The notes: generated from the letters alone by a model not told the origin. 35,802 nucleotides of DNA from Patescibacteria group bacterium (GCA_038057845.1 JBBUCK010000090.1:17183-52984); one strand, 5' to 3'. Numbered from the stretch's first letter, positions 14,986-25,745 are shown. Numbers and translations: made by a program.

Positions 14986-16413
14986 TTATAATTCTCCCAA
15001 AAACTTTTTACCCACTGAAAAAAGAGTGCTTTCTGCTCCATGAGGAGCCATAAATTGGAGACCGAGTGGTAAATTCTTCCCCTCTCGCGCAACCTCTCCA
15101 GAAGGGATTGAAATAGCAGGTACGCCCACAATGTTTGCCGTAACTGTAAAAATATCAGCAAGATACATTGAAAGCGGGTCATTTGCCTTTTCTCCGATTT
15201 TGAAAGCGGGTGTCGGAGCGGTCGGGGTAATTATGGCATCAACTACATCAAAAACTTTTTCAAAATCACGGCTGATAAGCCTGCGAATGGCGCTTGCCTT
15301 ATTATAATACGCATCGTAATAGCCTGACGAGAGGACATAGGTACCCAGCATGATACGGCGGCGAGCTTCTTTTCCAAAGCCTTCTCCGCGAGTAAGCAAA
15401 TAATCCTCTAGAAGGTCCCCCCCTTCTTTACGCATCCCATATTTAACGCCATCAAAACGCGCGAGATTTGAGGATACTTCCGCAGGCATCAAGATATAGT
15501 AGGAAGCGAGAGAATATTTAATGTTTGGGAGAGAGATTTCTTTGATTTCATACCCAAGTGTGGAGAGCTCCCTAATTGAATTTTCAAAATTTACTTTGAC
15601 ATCCACATCCATACCCGGAGTCTCTAAAACTTCTTTGGGTACGCCAATAACGATTTTCTCCCCTTTTTTCTTTGTTGAATAAACATCTGAAGAAAGGGAT
15701 GTGCTGTCCTTAGGGTCACGCTCTTTTATCACATTAAAAATTATTTCCGCGTCTTCAACCGTTTTTGTGATAGGGCCGATAACATCAAGAGAAGAACCCA
15801 TTGCCATCAAACCATATCTTGAAACAATGCCATATGTGGGCTTTAAGCCGACACAGCCACAAAAGCTTGCTGGCTGGCGAATAGAGCCCCCTGTGTCGGA
15901 GCCCAGCGCGGCTAAGGCCATACCGCCAGAAACTGCTGCTGCAGAACCACCGGATGAACCCCCAGGGACGCGACTAGTATCATGGGGATTCTTGGTAACT
16001 CCAAAAGCGGAATTTTCCGTTGAACCTCCCATAGCAAACTCATCCATATTGGTACGCCCGAGAAAGACAACATTTTTGTCAATAAGTTTTTGCGCAGTTG
16101 TCGCTGTGTAGGTTGCAGTATAATTTTCAAGAATCTTTGAAGCCGCTGAAACTTTTCTTCCCTTAATGAGAATATTATCCTTGATAGCCAAAGGAATACC
16201 TATGAGAATATTTTTCCCTCCCTCATTTATTTTTTCTTGCGCGTGCCTTACTTGCTCCTTAATGTCTTTATAGATTTCAAGATACGCATGAATATCTCTA
16301 TCTTTTTCATTGACAACAGAAAGAAAAGTATTGGCAAGTTCTTCCACGGAAAAATCGCGGGCAAGAAGATGCTCATTTGCTTTTCGTATCGTGAGATTTT
16401 TTAGGTCGAGCAT
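14986..16413 (-). CDS. gatA: Asp/Glu-tRNA amidotransferase subunit A
   Basis: Amidase signature: KDNI, NMDEFAMG, PGGSSGGS, GSDTGGSIRQPA, SSNLARFDG, RRIMLGTYVLSSGYYDAYY. Confidence 0.97.
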   Translation of the reverse strand: MLDLKNLTIRKANEHLLARDFSVEELANTFLSVVNEKDRDIHAYLEIYKDIKEQVRHAQEKINEGGKNILIGIPLAIKDNILIKGRKVSAASKILENYTATYTATTAQKLIDKNVVFLGRTNMDEFAMGGSTENSAFGVTKNPHDTSRVPGGSSGGSAAAVSGGMALAALGSDTGGSIRQPASFCGCVGLKPTYGIVSRYGLMAMGSSLDVIGPITKTVEDAEIIFNVIKERDPKDSTSLSSDVYSTKKKGEKIVIGVPKEVLETPGMDVDVKVNFENSIRELSTLGYEIKEISLPNIKYSLASYYILMPAEVSSNLARFDGVKYGMRKEGGDLLEDYLLTRGEGFGKEARRRIMLGTYVLSSGYYDAYYNKASAIRRLISRDFEKVFDVVDAIITPTAPTPAFKIGEKANDPLSMYLADIFTVTANIVGVPAISIPSGEVAREGKNLPLGLQFMAPHGAESTLFSVGKKFLGEL

Positions 16414-16418
16414 TTCAG

Positions 16419-16682
16419 TTAGAGTCCCGTTAGAGATAGGAAGCGCTTTAGGCGATTTTTAATGTAACGTTTTCCCATACCAGATTTAAGATACATTTCT
16501 CGAGTACAAGCATCTTCCTCGTTTATACACGCTTCATAGTAAATAATTTTAAAAGGACCGCAACCTTTGGTATAAGTGGATTTTCCAGTGTTATGTTGTT
16601 TCAAGCGCTTCCGTAAATCACTTGTTGAACCGGTATACCATTTATTGTCTTTCGTACTTTGCATAATATAAGTGTAAAACAT
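16419..16682 (-). CDS. Small GIY-YIG nuclease family protein (87 aa)
   Basis: MFYTYIMQS...WYTGST.DL.KRL.QHN.G...YYEA...DA..RE.YLKSG.G; reads through the inverted repeat (RFLSLTGL). Confidence 0.9.
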   Translation of the reverse strand: MFYTYIMQSTKDNKWYTGSTSDLRKRLKQHNTGKSTYTKGCGPFKIIYYEACINEEDACTREMYLKSGMGKRYIKNRLKRFLSLTGL

Positions 16683-16704
16683 ACGTATGTTATCTCTAAC
16701 GGGA
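16425..16704. mobile_element. 280-bp element with 14-bp terminal inverted repeats, encoding a GIY-YIG nuclease
   Basis: tcccgttagagata (16425-16438) / tatctctaacggga (16691-16704); flanking direct repeat ttagag (16419-16424, 16705-16710); sits between gatC and gatA. Confidence 0.8.
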
Positions 16705-16992
16705 TTAGAGAATATTTTTGACTTTAAGATAATTTCCACTTTTTTTAGGAAATTCAGCAACGAGAACGTCTGTGTGTGCCCCGCTTTCGTGAGAATTCAC
16801 ATCATCACGAAATACATTCTTAAGAGGCCCTGTAGAAATATCCTTTTCGTCTAAAGAAGTAGACGCTTCTTTAATTTGCTCAATATAATCCAAAATAGAA
16901 TCTATTTCAGTACGATATTTTTCTACTTCGGAAGCATCAAGTTTGAGCCTTGAGAGCGTAGCCAATTTTTCGATTTCTTCACGGGTAATCAT
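16705..16992 (-). CDS. gatC: Asp/Glu-tRNA amidotransferase subunit C
   Basis: MITREEIEKLATLSRL...ILDYIEQI...NVFRDD...YLKVKNIL; upstream of gatA. Confidence 0.93.
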   Translation of the reverse strand: MITREEIEKLATLSRLKLDASEVEKYRTEIDSILDYIEQIKEASTSLDEKDISTGPLKNVFRDDVNSHESGAHTDVLVAEFPKKSGNYLKVKNIL

Positions 16993-17047
16993 GATTTTAA
17001 GTGTACGGATAAAGGTTCCTCGGAGCAAGACCTTGAGATATTAAAAA

Positions 17048-17077
17048 GGGCCGTCTTTTCTTAAGAAAAGACGGCCC
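17048..17077 (-). terminator. Intrinsic terminator (perfect 30-bp palindrome)
   Basis: gggccgtcttttcttaagaaaagacggccc followed by TTTTT on the minus strand. Confidence 0.75.
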
Positions 17078-17188
17078 AGTAGGGTTATATGCGTTACTGT
17101 TTTATGTAACGCGGGGCACCCGAAACCACTTGAGATGGTTTAATGATTAAGAAGGATTATGATTTTTTCGTCCGCCGCCCATCCGCGG

Positions 17189-17266
17189 CTACTCTGGAAT
17201 GCCACCAGCAGACGTAATTACATGATGACTACCAACACCAATGCCTCCGTCGGGCAAAGTGCGCAT
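17189..17266 (-). CDS. Candidate 25-aa small ORF (or decayed gene)
   Basis: AAAGGAGGTG RBS 7 nt before ATG; TATACT upstream; MRTLPDGGIGVGSHHVITSAGGIPE. Confidence 0.3.
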   Translation of the reverse strand: MRTLPDGGIGVGSHHVITSAGGIPE

Positions 17267-17323
17267 GTGGCTTCACCTCCTTTCCAAATCTAAGAGAGAG
17301 TATACTCCTATAAAAAACTAGAA

Positions 17324-18025
17324 TCAACTGTGGACACTCTCCATTATAGGAGTTTTGTACCATTCTTTTTTTTGTTCAGCCGAAGGACGCATGTGTGCGG
17401 GTAGGAGTGCTTCGACTTTTTCCATCAGAATCATTGTCTCTCGTGTCAACACATGGATTGGCACATGCTCTCTGTTGCCCTCATAGAAAATTCGATAAGG
17501 TTGTCCAAAACGAATTTCTATCGGAGAGCGCTTGAGATATTTACTTTCTGAAGAAAGTACTTTATTGCTCCCTATGATTGCTGTTGGCGTAATCACACAA
17601 TTACTGCGAATAGCAATTGCAATAGCGCCTCGGTCGCCCTTCTTGAGAATTCCATCCTTCCCTCTTGTCCCTTCAGGAAAAATCAAGACACAATGTCCCT
17701 CCCGAAGTAAGGCCACGGCATCTGTTACGGCCTTTCTGAACAAAACCCGATCAACCGCAATGGTTCCTATTGTAACCATGAACCACCTTAAGAATTTATT
17801 GTCAAAAAGTTTTCTTTTTGCCATTGTATGTGTTCTTCGCGGGATACTTGAATGGACAAGTGGAGGGTCAAGACCGCTTATGTGATTACACACAACAAGC
17901 AATGCGTCTTTTTTGGGAATTAGCTCTTTCCCCACGATTTTAAGCGGGAAAAAGAAACGAGCAAGTAAAGCTATCCCATCATTTGCTATACGGTAAACAA
18001 TCCAATTCCTTATAGTGAGCTTCAT
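17324..18025 (-). CDS. plsC: Lysophospholipid acyltransferase (PlsC family)
   Basis: NHISGLD (HX4D), AK..LF, VDR and FPEGTR motifs. Confidence 0.88.
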   Translation of the reverse strand: MKLTIRNWIVYRIANDGIALLARFFFPLKIVGKELIPKKDALLVVCNHISGLDPPLVHSSIPRRTHTMAKRKLFDNKFLRWFMVTIGTIAVDRVLFRKAVTDAVALLREGHCVLIFPEGTRGKDGILKKGDRGAIAIAIRSNCVITPTAIIGSNKVLSSESKYLKRSPIEIRFGQPYRIFYEGNREHVPIHVLTRETMILMEKVEALLPAHMRPSAEQKKEWYKTPIMESVHS

Positions 18026-18134
18026 TTTTGCCTCCTTCTATAGACTTTTTAGAAACACCAAAGAGCTTCTTTCTGGAAAGGAGTATACCAAAAATGGCAC
18101 ACCTTGCCAGTAAGCTAGCAAGGTGTGCCATTGA

Positions 18135-20165
<2,031 letters not shown>

Positions 20166-20183
20166 CTACTATAATTTCTCCTA

Positions 20184-22016
20184 CTAATCAGCCAGAGGGT
20201 GGACGCAGTTTACAATTTGACTTAGTACAGTATCAAGTTCTCCATAGTTAGCGGCATCAAAATAAAATGCATTACCGTCAGGGTCGGGCGTATTGGGTTC
20301 TGCGAAACTTGCTGCTTCTGTGCTTAAGAAATCACCACAACCAGCATAATCCCAACAATCATTTCCAAGTCCTACACCAATAACAAAAATGTCTATACCA
20401 AAAGACCTTATCAGGTCAGCTTCATAGGCGATTGCCGTTTGGGCGGCCCTTCGACGCATTGAATTATGGTTTGAGGGACTAGGGTCATTCGTAGAACCAT
20501 CTGCTCCATTAGTTTTCACCATACCTCTTCCTTTTTTATTTTCGAAACTAAAAGTATTACCATTACCATCAGCGCCAGGAGGACCATACGCCTGAAGAGC
20601 CGAACGGTAAGCTGTTTGTGAACCGTCAGTAACAACAATAATATAATCGGGAGAAGTTTCATCTGGTCGGTCATGGGAATCATAATAAGGTAAAGTTGCT
20701 GTATTGAGATTCCCGTTTTCAGTGTCAGTTTTTTCAAATACTGCGCATGACATTACAACAGAATTGTCGCAGCCAACTCCGCAAGAAGGTGTAGGATAGT
20801 GTCTTGCAAGAAATGATTGGGCTGTTTGATTTATTTGAACATTTTCTCCCACAAGGGTAGTAACAGCTCCGAATCTCAAAAAATCTGGGACATCGTCCGT
20901 AGGATTCGTTGTAAAAAATGGTGTTCCGGCTTGGTTAGGATTAACATATAGTTCTAGACGTACTCGTTCCCCTGGTTGAGTTTCTGTTTCTCGTCCCACA
21001 GGAGGAGTTGTGGTTGGAGTCAAGGGATTTGCCCATGTGTCAGCAGTAGCGATATATATATTGTATTTGCCTGGGGGAATAGTCGGTTGAGGATTATCAG
21101 TTGGTTGGGGGTCGTAAGGATTTACACCAGCTGCCATAGTAGTAGTACTTCCCTCGAGACGCATTGCTGGAAAAGTAACTACTGCGCGATTCGGCCCTCC
21201 CGCCAGAGGACAATAGTAATAATTATCTCCAGTATTACTTAGACGGGACCCTATTAAGTTTGGTGAGGGCTGGTTTGAGAGTTCAGCTTTCCCAAATCGA
21301 AGAGCTTCTTGCAAATTAGTGAAATTTCTAGGCCACTGAAGACCGGTAGAAATGGTATTAAGAATGTCCGCCTTAACTCCAGTTAGATGTTGAACAAGCG
21401 TTGTGTCGCCTCCAAATACAACAATACCTACGTGCACACCAAGGTCAGTAGGATTGAGTGTCTCAACAAGTGTATTAAGAGCGCTTTTCATATCAGCAAA
21501 TTCGGCAGCATCAATACTTGAAGAGACGTCCAACACAAACATGATATCTGGTCTATACGAACAAATGCCATAGGCTTTAAGGTCCTGTTGACGCTCGTAT
21601 TTTCTCGTTGCATTCGCGGCAACAGTGTTGTAACCTTTCGCATCAATATCAAGATTAAATATCCCCGGCAAACGCGTTACAGTAGTTGAAGAGTAGTAAG
21701 GATAGCCAACATGGCCAAATTCAAAATGGAAAATGGTTTGTCCGGGAGTGGGGGGAAAATCAAAAGTGCTATCATTACACCGAATAGTAAAAAGTTTGGT
21801 ATTTGAAAAATTCTTACGATTCAAAAGTCCCCAGTAACGAGCGCATTCGGAGCCCGCTTCGCCAGCATAATATGCAAGTTGAGATTCTCTTACCGCTGTT
21901 GAAAGAACATAACTTCGACTTGTAATCATTGAAATAGAAAGACCTAAAGAAAGAATGATTGCAGAAATCACAATAGCAAGAAGAAGTGCGATACCTTTTT
22001 GTTCTTTGTATTTCAT
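20184..22016 (-). CDS. PilX-like minor pilin fused to a vWA domain (candidate pilus-tip adhesin)
   Basis: KG^IALLLAIVI prepilin N-terminus without Glu5; AYYAGEAG.EC; MIDAS DVSSS, TNL..AL, VVTDG and IFVIGVG. Confidence 0.8.
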   Translation of the reverse strand: MKYKEQKGIALLLAIVISAIILSLGLSISMITSRSYVLSTAVRESQLAYYAGEAGSECARYWGLLNRKNFSNTKLFTIRCNDSTFDFPPTPGQTIFHFEFGHVGYPYYSSTTVTRLPGIFNLDIDAKGYNTVAANATRKYERQQDLKAYGICSYRPDIMFVLDVSSSIDAAEFADMKSALNTLVETLNPTDLGVHVGIVVFGGDTTLVQHLTGVKADILNTISTGLQWPRNFTNLQEALRFGKAELSNQPSPNLIGSRLSNTGDNYYYCPLAGGPNRAVVTFPAMRLEGSTTTMAAGVNPYDPQPTDNPQPTIPPGKYNIYIATADTWANPLTPTTTPPVGRETETQPGERVRLELYVNPNQAGTPFFTTNPTDDVPDFLRFGAVTTLVGENVQINQTAQSFLARHYPTPSCGVGCDNSVVMSCAVFEKTDTENGNLNTATLPYYDSHDRPDETSPDYIIVVTDGSQTAYRSALQAYGPPGADGNGNTFSFENKKGRGMVKTNGADGSTNDPSPSNHNSMRRRAAQTAIAYEADLIRSFGIDIFVIGVGLGNDCWDYAGCGDFLSTEAASFAEPNTPDPDGNAFYFDAANYGELDTVLSQIVNCVHPLAD

Positions 22017-22030
22017 TGTTTCAGAAGTAA

Positions 22031-22618
22031 TCATAGGACAGTATCAAAAATGTTTGTCTTTATAGTAAAACTTTTTTGCACAAGAACAGAATTCTTCCAC
22101 ACTATCGTTACCTCAAGAACTGCCTCATGAGTATTAAGAGAAGAAATAACAACTTTTCTTGTAAAACGACTGTCCGTCCAATCTGCCCCAGACCCGTAGC
22201 CGTACGCGCCTGTAACATTATTGAATTTAAGTGGAGAGCACGTAGCGGCACATGCAGTGGCTGGTGTTGGTTGCACAAGGTCATATAGAGTATCGACTAT
22301 ACAGCCGTTAGGCGCGCCACAAGGAGTGTCGAGGTTGAGAAGCCAGCCTGTTGAATTGCCGAGAATTTCATTAAGACTATTTTGTTTTTTCTTTGCCATC
22401 ACATATTCAACAGCATCTTGGGCAAGATAGGCTGCCATCACCTGGTCACGAGCAAGAGCAGTAATGCTTATCCCCCGAGAGGCAATCAACATCGGTGCGG
22501 TAATAGAGCCGAGAAGAATCGAAATTGCAACAAGAGTTTCTACAAGCGTGAACCCGCCCAAAACTTTCTTTTGAAAGTTTTGGTGGATGAATTCTTCGTT
22601 TTTATTTGACTGATACAT
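22031..22618 (-). CDS. Minor pilin (PilV-like)
   Basis: G^FTLVETLVAI N-methylation motif; A.YLAQ and FTR.V.I patterns. Confidence 0.85.
   Translation of the reverse strand: MYQSNKNEEFIHQNFQKKVLGGFTLVETLVAISILLGSITAPMLIASRGISITALARDQVMAAYLAQDAVEYVMAKKKQNSLNEILGNSTGWLLNLDTPCGAPNGCIVDTLYDLVQPTPATACAATCSPLKFNNVTGAYGYGSGADWTDSRFTRKVVISSLNTHEAVLEVTIVWKNSVLVQKSFTIKTNIFDTVL
22554..22586. repeat. 33-bp palindromic insert in pilin signal peptide (copy 1)
   Basis: ccgcccaaaactttc-tttt-gaaagttttggtgg between gtgaac and atgaat. Confidence 0.75.
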
Positions 22619-22624
22619 ATAATT

Positions 22625-23224
22625 TTATAAATCAGTAGCCCGTTGAGTAACCGTCGTCTGTATATTAAAAATGGTTGTTTCAAGACCTACGGCCTGTGTT
22701 TGAGCACGTAATATGAAAAGAATTTTTGCATGGACTTCATCGCGAGAACCTGAACCTGTTACGTAAAACTTCAAATCATTGATAGTCACTCCAGGTTCGG
22801 TCAATCGAAGCCATGAACCGCCACCATCGGTTGACTTTTCAACGTGGTCTAGGTCTATATCAAGACGATAGATAATTTGGTCGTTTGGTAAAGTGACATC
22901 TCCAGCCTCATCCTCAAAAGCAATATATGTCCCTGCATCGCAGTTTCTAGGACTCCCAATGCCATCGTTTCCGGCTGCAATTTGCGCGGTTAAATCAGTT
23001 GCAGAGCCACAATTATACGCTCTTCCTTTTCTTGCGCTACGCACAACCTCTTCTATCGTAAAATCGAGGTTATCAACAATCCTTCGCGTTGCTTGGGCCC
23101 TTTTATTAGCATCAGCAACAACAAAAAGGGCGGTAATAGCAATAAAAACAACGACCATAAAAAGCCCCAAAGCCACTAGAGTTTCAATTAATGTGTACCC
23201 TTTTTCATGAGAAATACGCGACAT
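22625..23224 (-). CDS. Minor pilin (PilW-like)
   Basis: G^YTLIETLVAL; C-terminal IQTTVTQR. Confidence 0.85.
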   Translation of the reverse strand: MSRISHEKGYTLIETLVALGLFMVVVFIAITALFVVADANKRAQATRRIVDNLDFTIEEVVRSARKGRAYNCGSATDLTAQIAAGNDGIGSPRNCDAGTYIAFEDEAGDVTLPNDQIIYRLDIDLDHVEKSTDGGGSWLRLTEPGVTINDLKFYVTGSGSRDEVHAKILFILRAQTQAVGLETTIFNIQTTVTQRATDL

Positions 23225-23239
23225 TTTATTTAGTATATC

Positions 23240-23391
23240 ATTACTGGGAGCGGACAGGATACCCTCCCGCCTTAGGCGGAGGGCTGAATGGCCGCATTAC
23301 TGATTGAAACGAGCGGAGCTCGTTCTTCTTGAGTTATGAACACCCCCGATTCGTCACAAGGAGTTTTGGATACCTCGCTCTTTGTGACGAA
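23240..23391 (+). repeat. Intergenic multi-hairpin element, homologous to the insert in pilD
   Basis: ATTACTGGGAGCGGACA...TGGCCGCA...CGAGCGGAGCTCG (23310-23322)...GATTCG. Confidence 0.65.
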
Positions 23392-23396
23392 GTTCT

Positions 23397-23993
23397 TTAC
23401 TGACACGATGGACCTTTGCTTATGTACATTCTTCCGTCTGTCCATATACAGATTCTCCGTTCAACTGAACCATTAGGAGACTTGAGGACCAATTCTCCCC
23501 TATATCCATCTAATGGAGGACTTGTTCTTGTTATTGTGGGAGTAAGTTTTGATTTTTCAAAATAAACAGTGAACTCGGCGGTCTCGGGTGCAGCGATTGG
23601 AGTTTCGTAAAATAATCTAGTAATACCACTTGGAACTGGATACGCAATGTCTGTAGAAGTGCTAGTGTTTTGAAACGCACGGAAAATGTATTCGTTGTCG
23701 TGAAAATGAACAGCATACTTGCCGTAAAAATTATCTGTTCCTGGTTGGAATTCTTTTACAGATGTGGCATACACTTGCGCCTCGCGTAATGTGAGTATTA
23801 CTTCATTGGCAAGTCTGTCTACTTCAACAATTTGCCCATACGTACGATAATTGAATATGCCGATGCCAGCAATAATAGCCATGATGGAAATACTCACAAG
23901 AAGTTCCATAAGAGTAAACCCGCCTGAAACTTTCTTTTGAAAGTTTTGGTGGGTAAACCCTTCCGAAGTTTTGGACATATGTAGGTTTTTCAT
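23397..23993 (-). CDS. Minor pilin (FimT/FimU-like)
   Basis: G^FTLMELLVSI; LREAQ..A; C-terminal I...G. Confidence 0.85.
   Translation of the reverse strand: MKNLHMSKTSEGFTHQNFQKKVSGGFTLMELLVSISIMAIIAGIGIFNYRTYGQIVEVDRLANEVILTLREAQVYATSVKEFQPGTDNFYGKYAVHFHDNEYIFRAFQNTSTSTDIAYPVPSGITRLFYETPIAAPETAEFTVYFEKSKLTPTITRTSPPLDGYRGELVLKSPNGSVERRICIWTDGRMYISKGPSCQ
23920..23952. repeat. 33-bp palindromic insert in pilin signal peptide (copy 2)
   Basis: ccgcctgaaactttc-tttt-gaaagttttggtgg between two gtaaac copies (23914, 23953). Confidence 0.78.
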
Positions 23994-24961
23994 GATACAA
24001 AAATAGAAAAATCAATAACTGAAACCCCGAAAAAGAAAACAAGAGCAGTACCGAATATCAAAAAGGGTCCGAATGGTATTTCGCTTTTCATTGTAAGGAC
24101 CTTCGCCCCAAGAAGCAAATCATCATCACTTCCTTCGGGGCGAATCAGGTCGTTCTGACTCTGAGAGTCATCAGACTCGAATGAGGAGGTCCTTGCTGGA
24201 TAAGAGCGAGCTCCGCTCGCTGGTTCTCCCGTGCGGTCATATTCATGACCGCTTCCAGTAATCTCTCTATCCTTAAATAACAAATTTTTACCCTTTAAAA
24301 AACGCGAGAAGAAAAGAAGGACAAGACTTACAATAGCGCCAATCCAGAAAGAAAGAATAATTGCGCTCAGGCCACCTTGAAGTCCAAGAAAAAAACCAAT
24401 TCCTAATGCAAGTTTCCCATCACCGAGTCCAATCCACTCACCTTTTGAATACCACCATAAAAGGAAAAAGGGGAGAAAAAATAAAATCCCTGACAAAACG
24501 TATAAAAATCCATCACCGGTAAAAAGTCCTTTTATGCCGTATAAGAAAATAATACGAATGAATGCAATGAAAATGAAGGAAAAAACGATTTCGTCAGGAA
24601 TAATCGTATGCTTGAAATCATACACCGCGATGATGATAAGAAGACTCCAAACAATTATTGAAAAAACAAATTCCACACTGAAACCAAACTTAAGAAAAGA
24701 AAGTAAAAAAAGATCGCCGGTCAATAATTCCACGAATGAATACTGAAAAGAAACGGGAGCGTTGCATTGAACGCAACGGCCGCGAAGAAAAAAAAAGCTT
24801 AAAAGCGGAATAAGTTCTAGAGGGGAAAGAGTATGAGCGCACGATTCGCAATGTGACCTTCCTTGTATTGATTCTTTTCCATACCGATTAATGATAACGT
24901 TAAGAAAACTGCCGATAATTGTCCCGAGAACAAAAATAGTAGTGTAGAGAACTATATCCAT
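23990..24961 (-). CDS. pilD: Prepilin peptidase with in-frame insertion
   Basis: GSFLNV.I.R, RS.C..C, RGRC..C, D....IIPD, G.GD.KL and IPFGPFL motifs. Confidence 0.93.
   Translation of the reverse strand: MDIVLYTTIFVLGTIIGSFLNVIINRYGKESIQGRSHCESCAHTLSPLELIPLLSFFFLRGRCVQCNAPVSFQYSFVELLTGDLFLLSFLKFGFSVEFVFSIIVWSLLIIIAVYDFKHTIIPDEIVFSFIFIAFIRIIFLYGIKGLFTGDGFLYVLSGILFFLPFFLLWWYSKGEWIGLGDGKLALGIGFFLGLQGGLSAIILSFWIGAIVSLVLLFFSRFLKGKNLLFKDREITGSGHEYDRTGEPASGARSYPARTSSFESDDSQSQNDLIRPEGSDDDLLLGAKVLTMKSEIPFGPFLIFGTALVFFFGVSVIDFSIFVS
24130..24262 (-). repeat. Multi-hairpin element inserted in frame in pilD (boundaries approximate)
   Basis: ATTACTGGAAGCGGTCA...TGACCGCA...CGAGCGGAGCTCG (24207-24219)...GATTCG on the minus strand. 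Confidence 0.65.
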
Positions 24962-24990
24962 GAATATAGTGAATAATACCGCAGTCTAAC

Positions 24991-25020
24991 AAAAAAACCA
25001 CCCATATGGGTGGTTTTTTT
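24991..25020. terminator. Terminator after the major pilin gene
   Basis: aaaaaaaccacccatatgggtggttttttt palindrome. Confidence 0.8.
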
Positions 25021-25060
25021 GTTTTTTTGAAGTTAGGTCTCGCTAGAAGCAAAACACTAA

Positions 25061-25567
25061 TTATTCAACACATAGACCCGACGCGATTTCTGCAGTTACT
25101 CCTGCTTGATCGTTCGTGGCTATAGTTACTTCCTTTGATTTACCACTACTATCTACACACCATCCTTTGAGTCTGTCTGACTTATATTGAGTTACGACTG
25201 CCCAAGCACTGCCGCCAACTGTCGCGCCACAAGCATTCAAACCGCCGGAAGCGGTTAACGCTCCAGCAATTTGGTTCTTAATGGTTGTCTGCCCAAAAAG
25301 TGAACCCGCAGCAGTAGGACAAACACCAGAAGCAACAACGAGTGGAGTAGTAGCGTTACAAGCAGTCGCATCAGTGTAACATCCATAGCTATCGTATTGA
25401 ATTTCAGCCTGTGATCGGATACCAGCAAGAGTGGCCTTAATGGCCGCATCAGATCCTTTGGCTCGAGCAGTGTTGAGACTTGCCAACACAACTGACGAGA
25501 GGATACCAATAATTGCAATAACAACGAGCAACTCAATGAGTGTAAAACCTTTGTTTGTTCTTAACAT
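25061..25567 (-). CDS. pilA: Probable major type IV pilin
   Basis: KG^FTLIELLVVIAIIGILSSVVLASLN.AR.K..DA; WCVDS.G; has its own promoter and terminator. Confidence 0.88.
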   Translation of the reverse strand: MLRTNKGFTLIELLVVIAIIGILSSVVLASLNTARAKGSDAAIKATLAGIRSQAEIQYDSYGCYTDATACNATTPLVVASGVCPTAAGSLFGQTTIKNQIAGALTASGGLNACGATVGGSAWAVVTQYKSDRLKGWCVDSSGKSKEVTIATNDQAGVTAEIASGLCVE

Positions 25568-25650
25568 ACTTATCAAAATGATTTTAATAATTCTTACTCG
25601 ACCGCTCTCCTTGAGAGAGAAGCCGCTTTGTTTAAAGCGTATCAGCCTTT

Positions 25651-25680
25651 ATTATACCCTACTCTTAAAATGAAAAACAA
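25651..25680 (-). promoter_or_regulatory. Promoter of the pilin gene
   Basis: TTGTTT, 18 nt, then TATAAT on the minus strand. Confidence 0.5.
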
Positions 25681-25685
25681 GCCTT

Positions 25686-25716
25686 TGTTAACACTTAGCC
25701 TGTCGAAGTGTTAACA
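25686..25716. repeat. Hairpin with AGCCTGTCG loop (related to the prfB insert)
   Basis: tgttaacactt-agcctgtcg-aagtgttaaca. Confidence 0.55.
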
Positions 25717-25745
25717 TCTCGACGTTGCTTCATATCAAACAACGT

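Noticed and set aside
16683-17028. ORF-track N-terminal extensions of the GIY-YIG gene (to 16760) and gatC (to 17028)
   Set aside because: The first overlaps gatC and the TIR; the second spans the gatC promoter; family-typical starts lie downstream.
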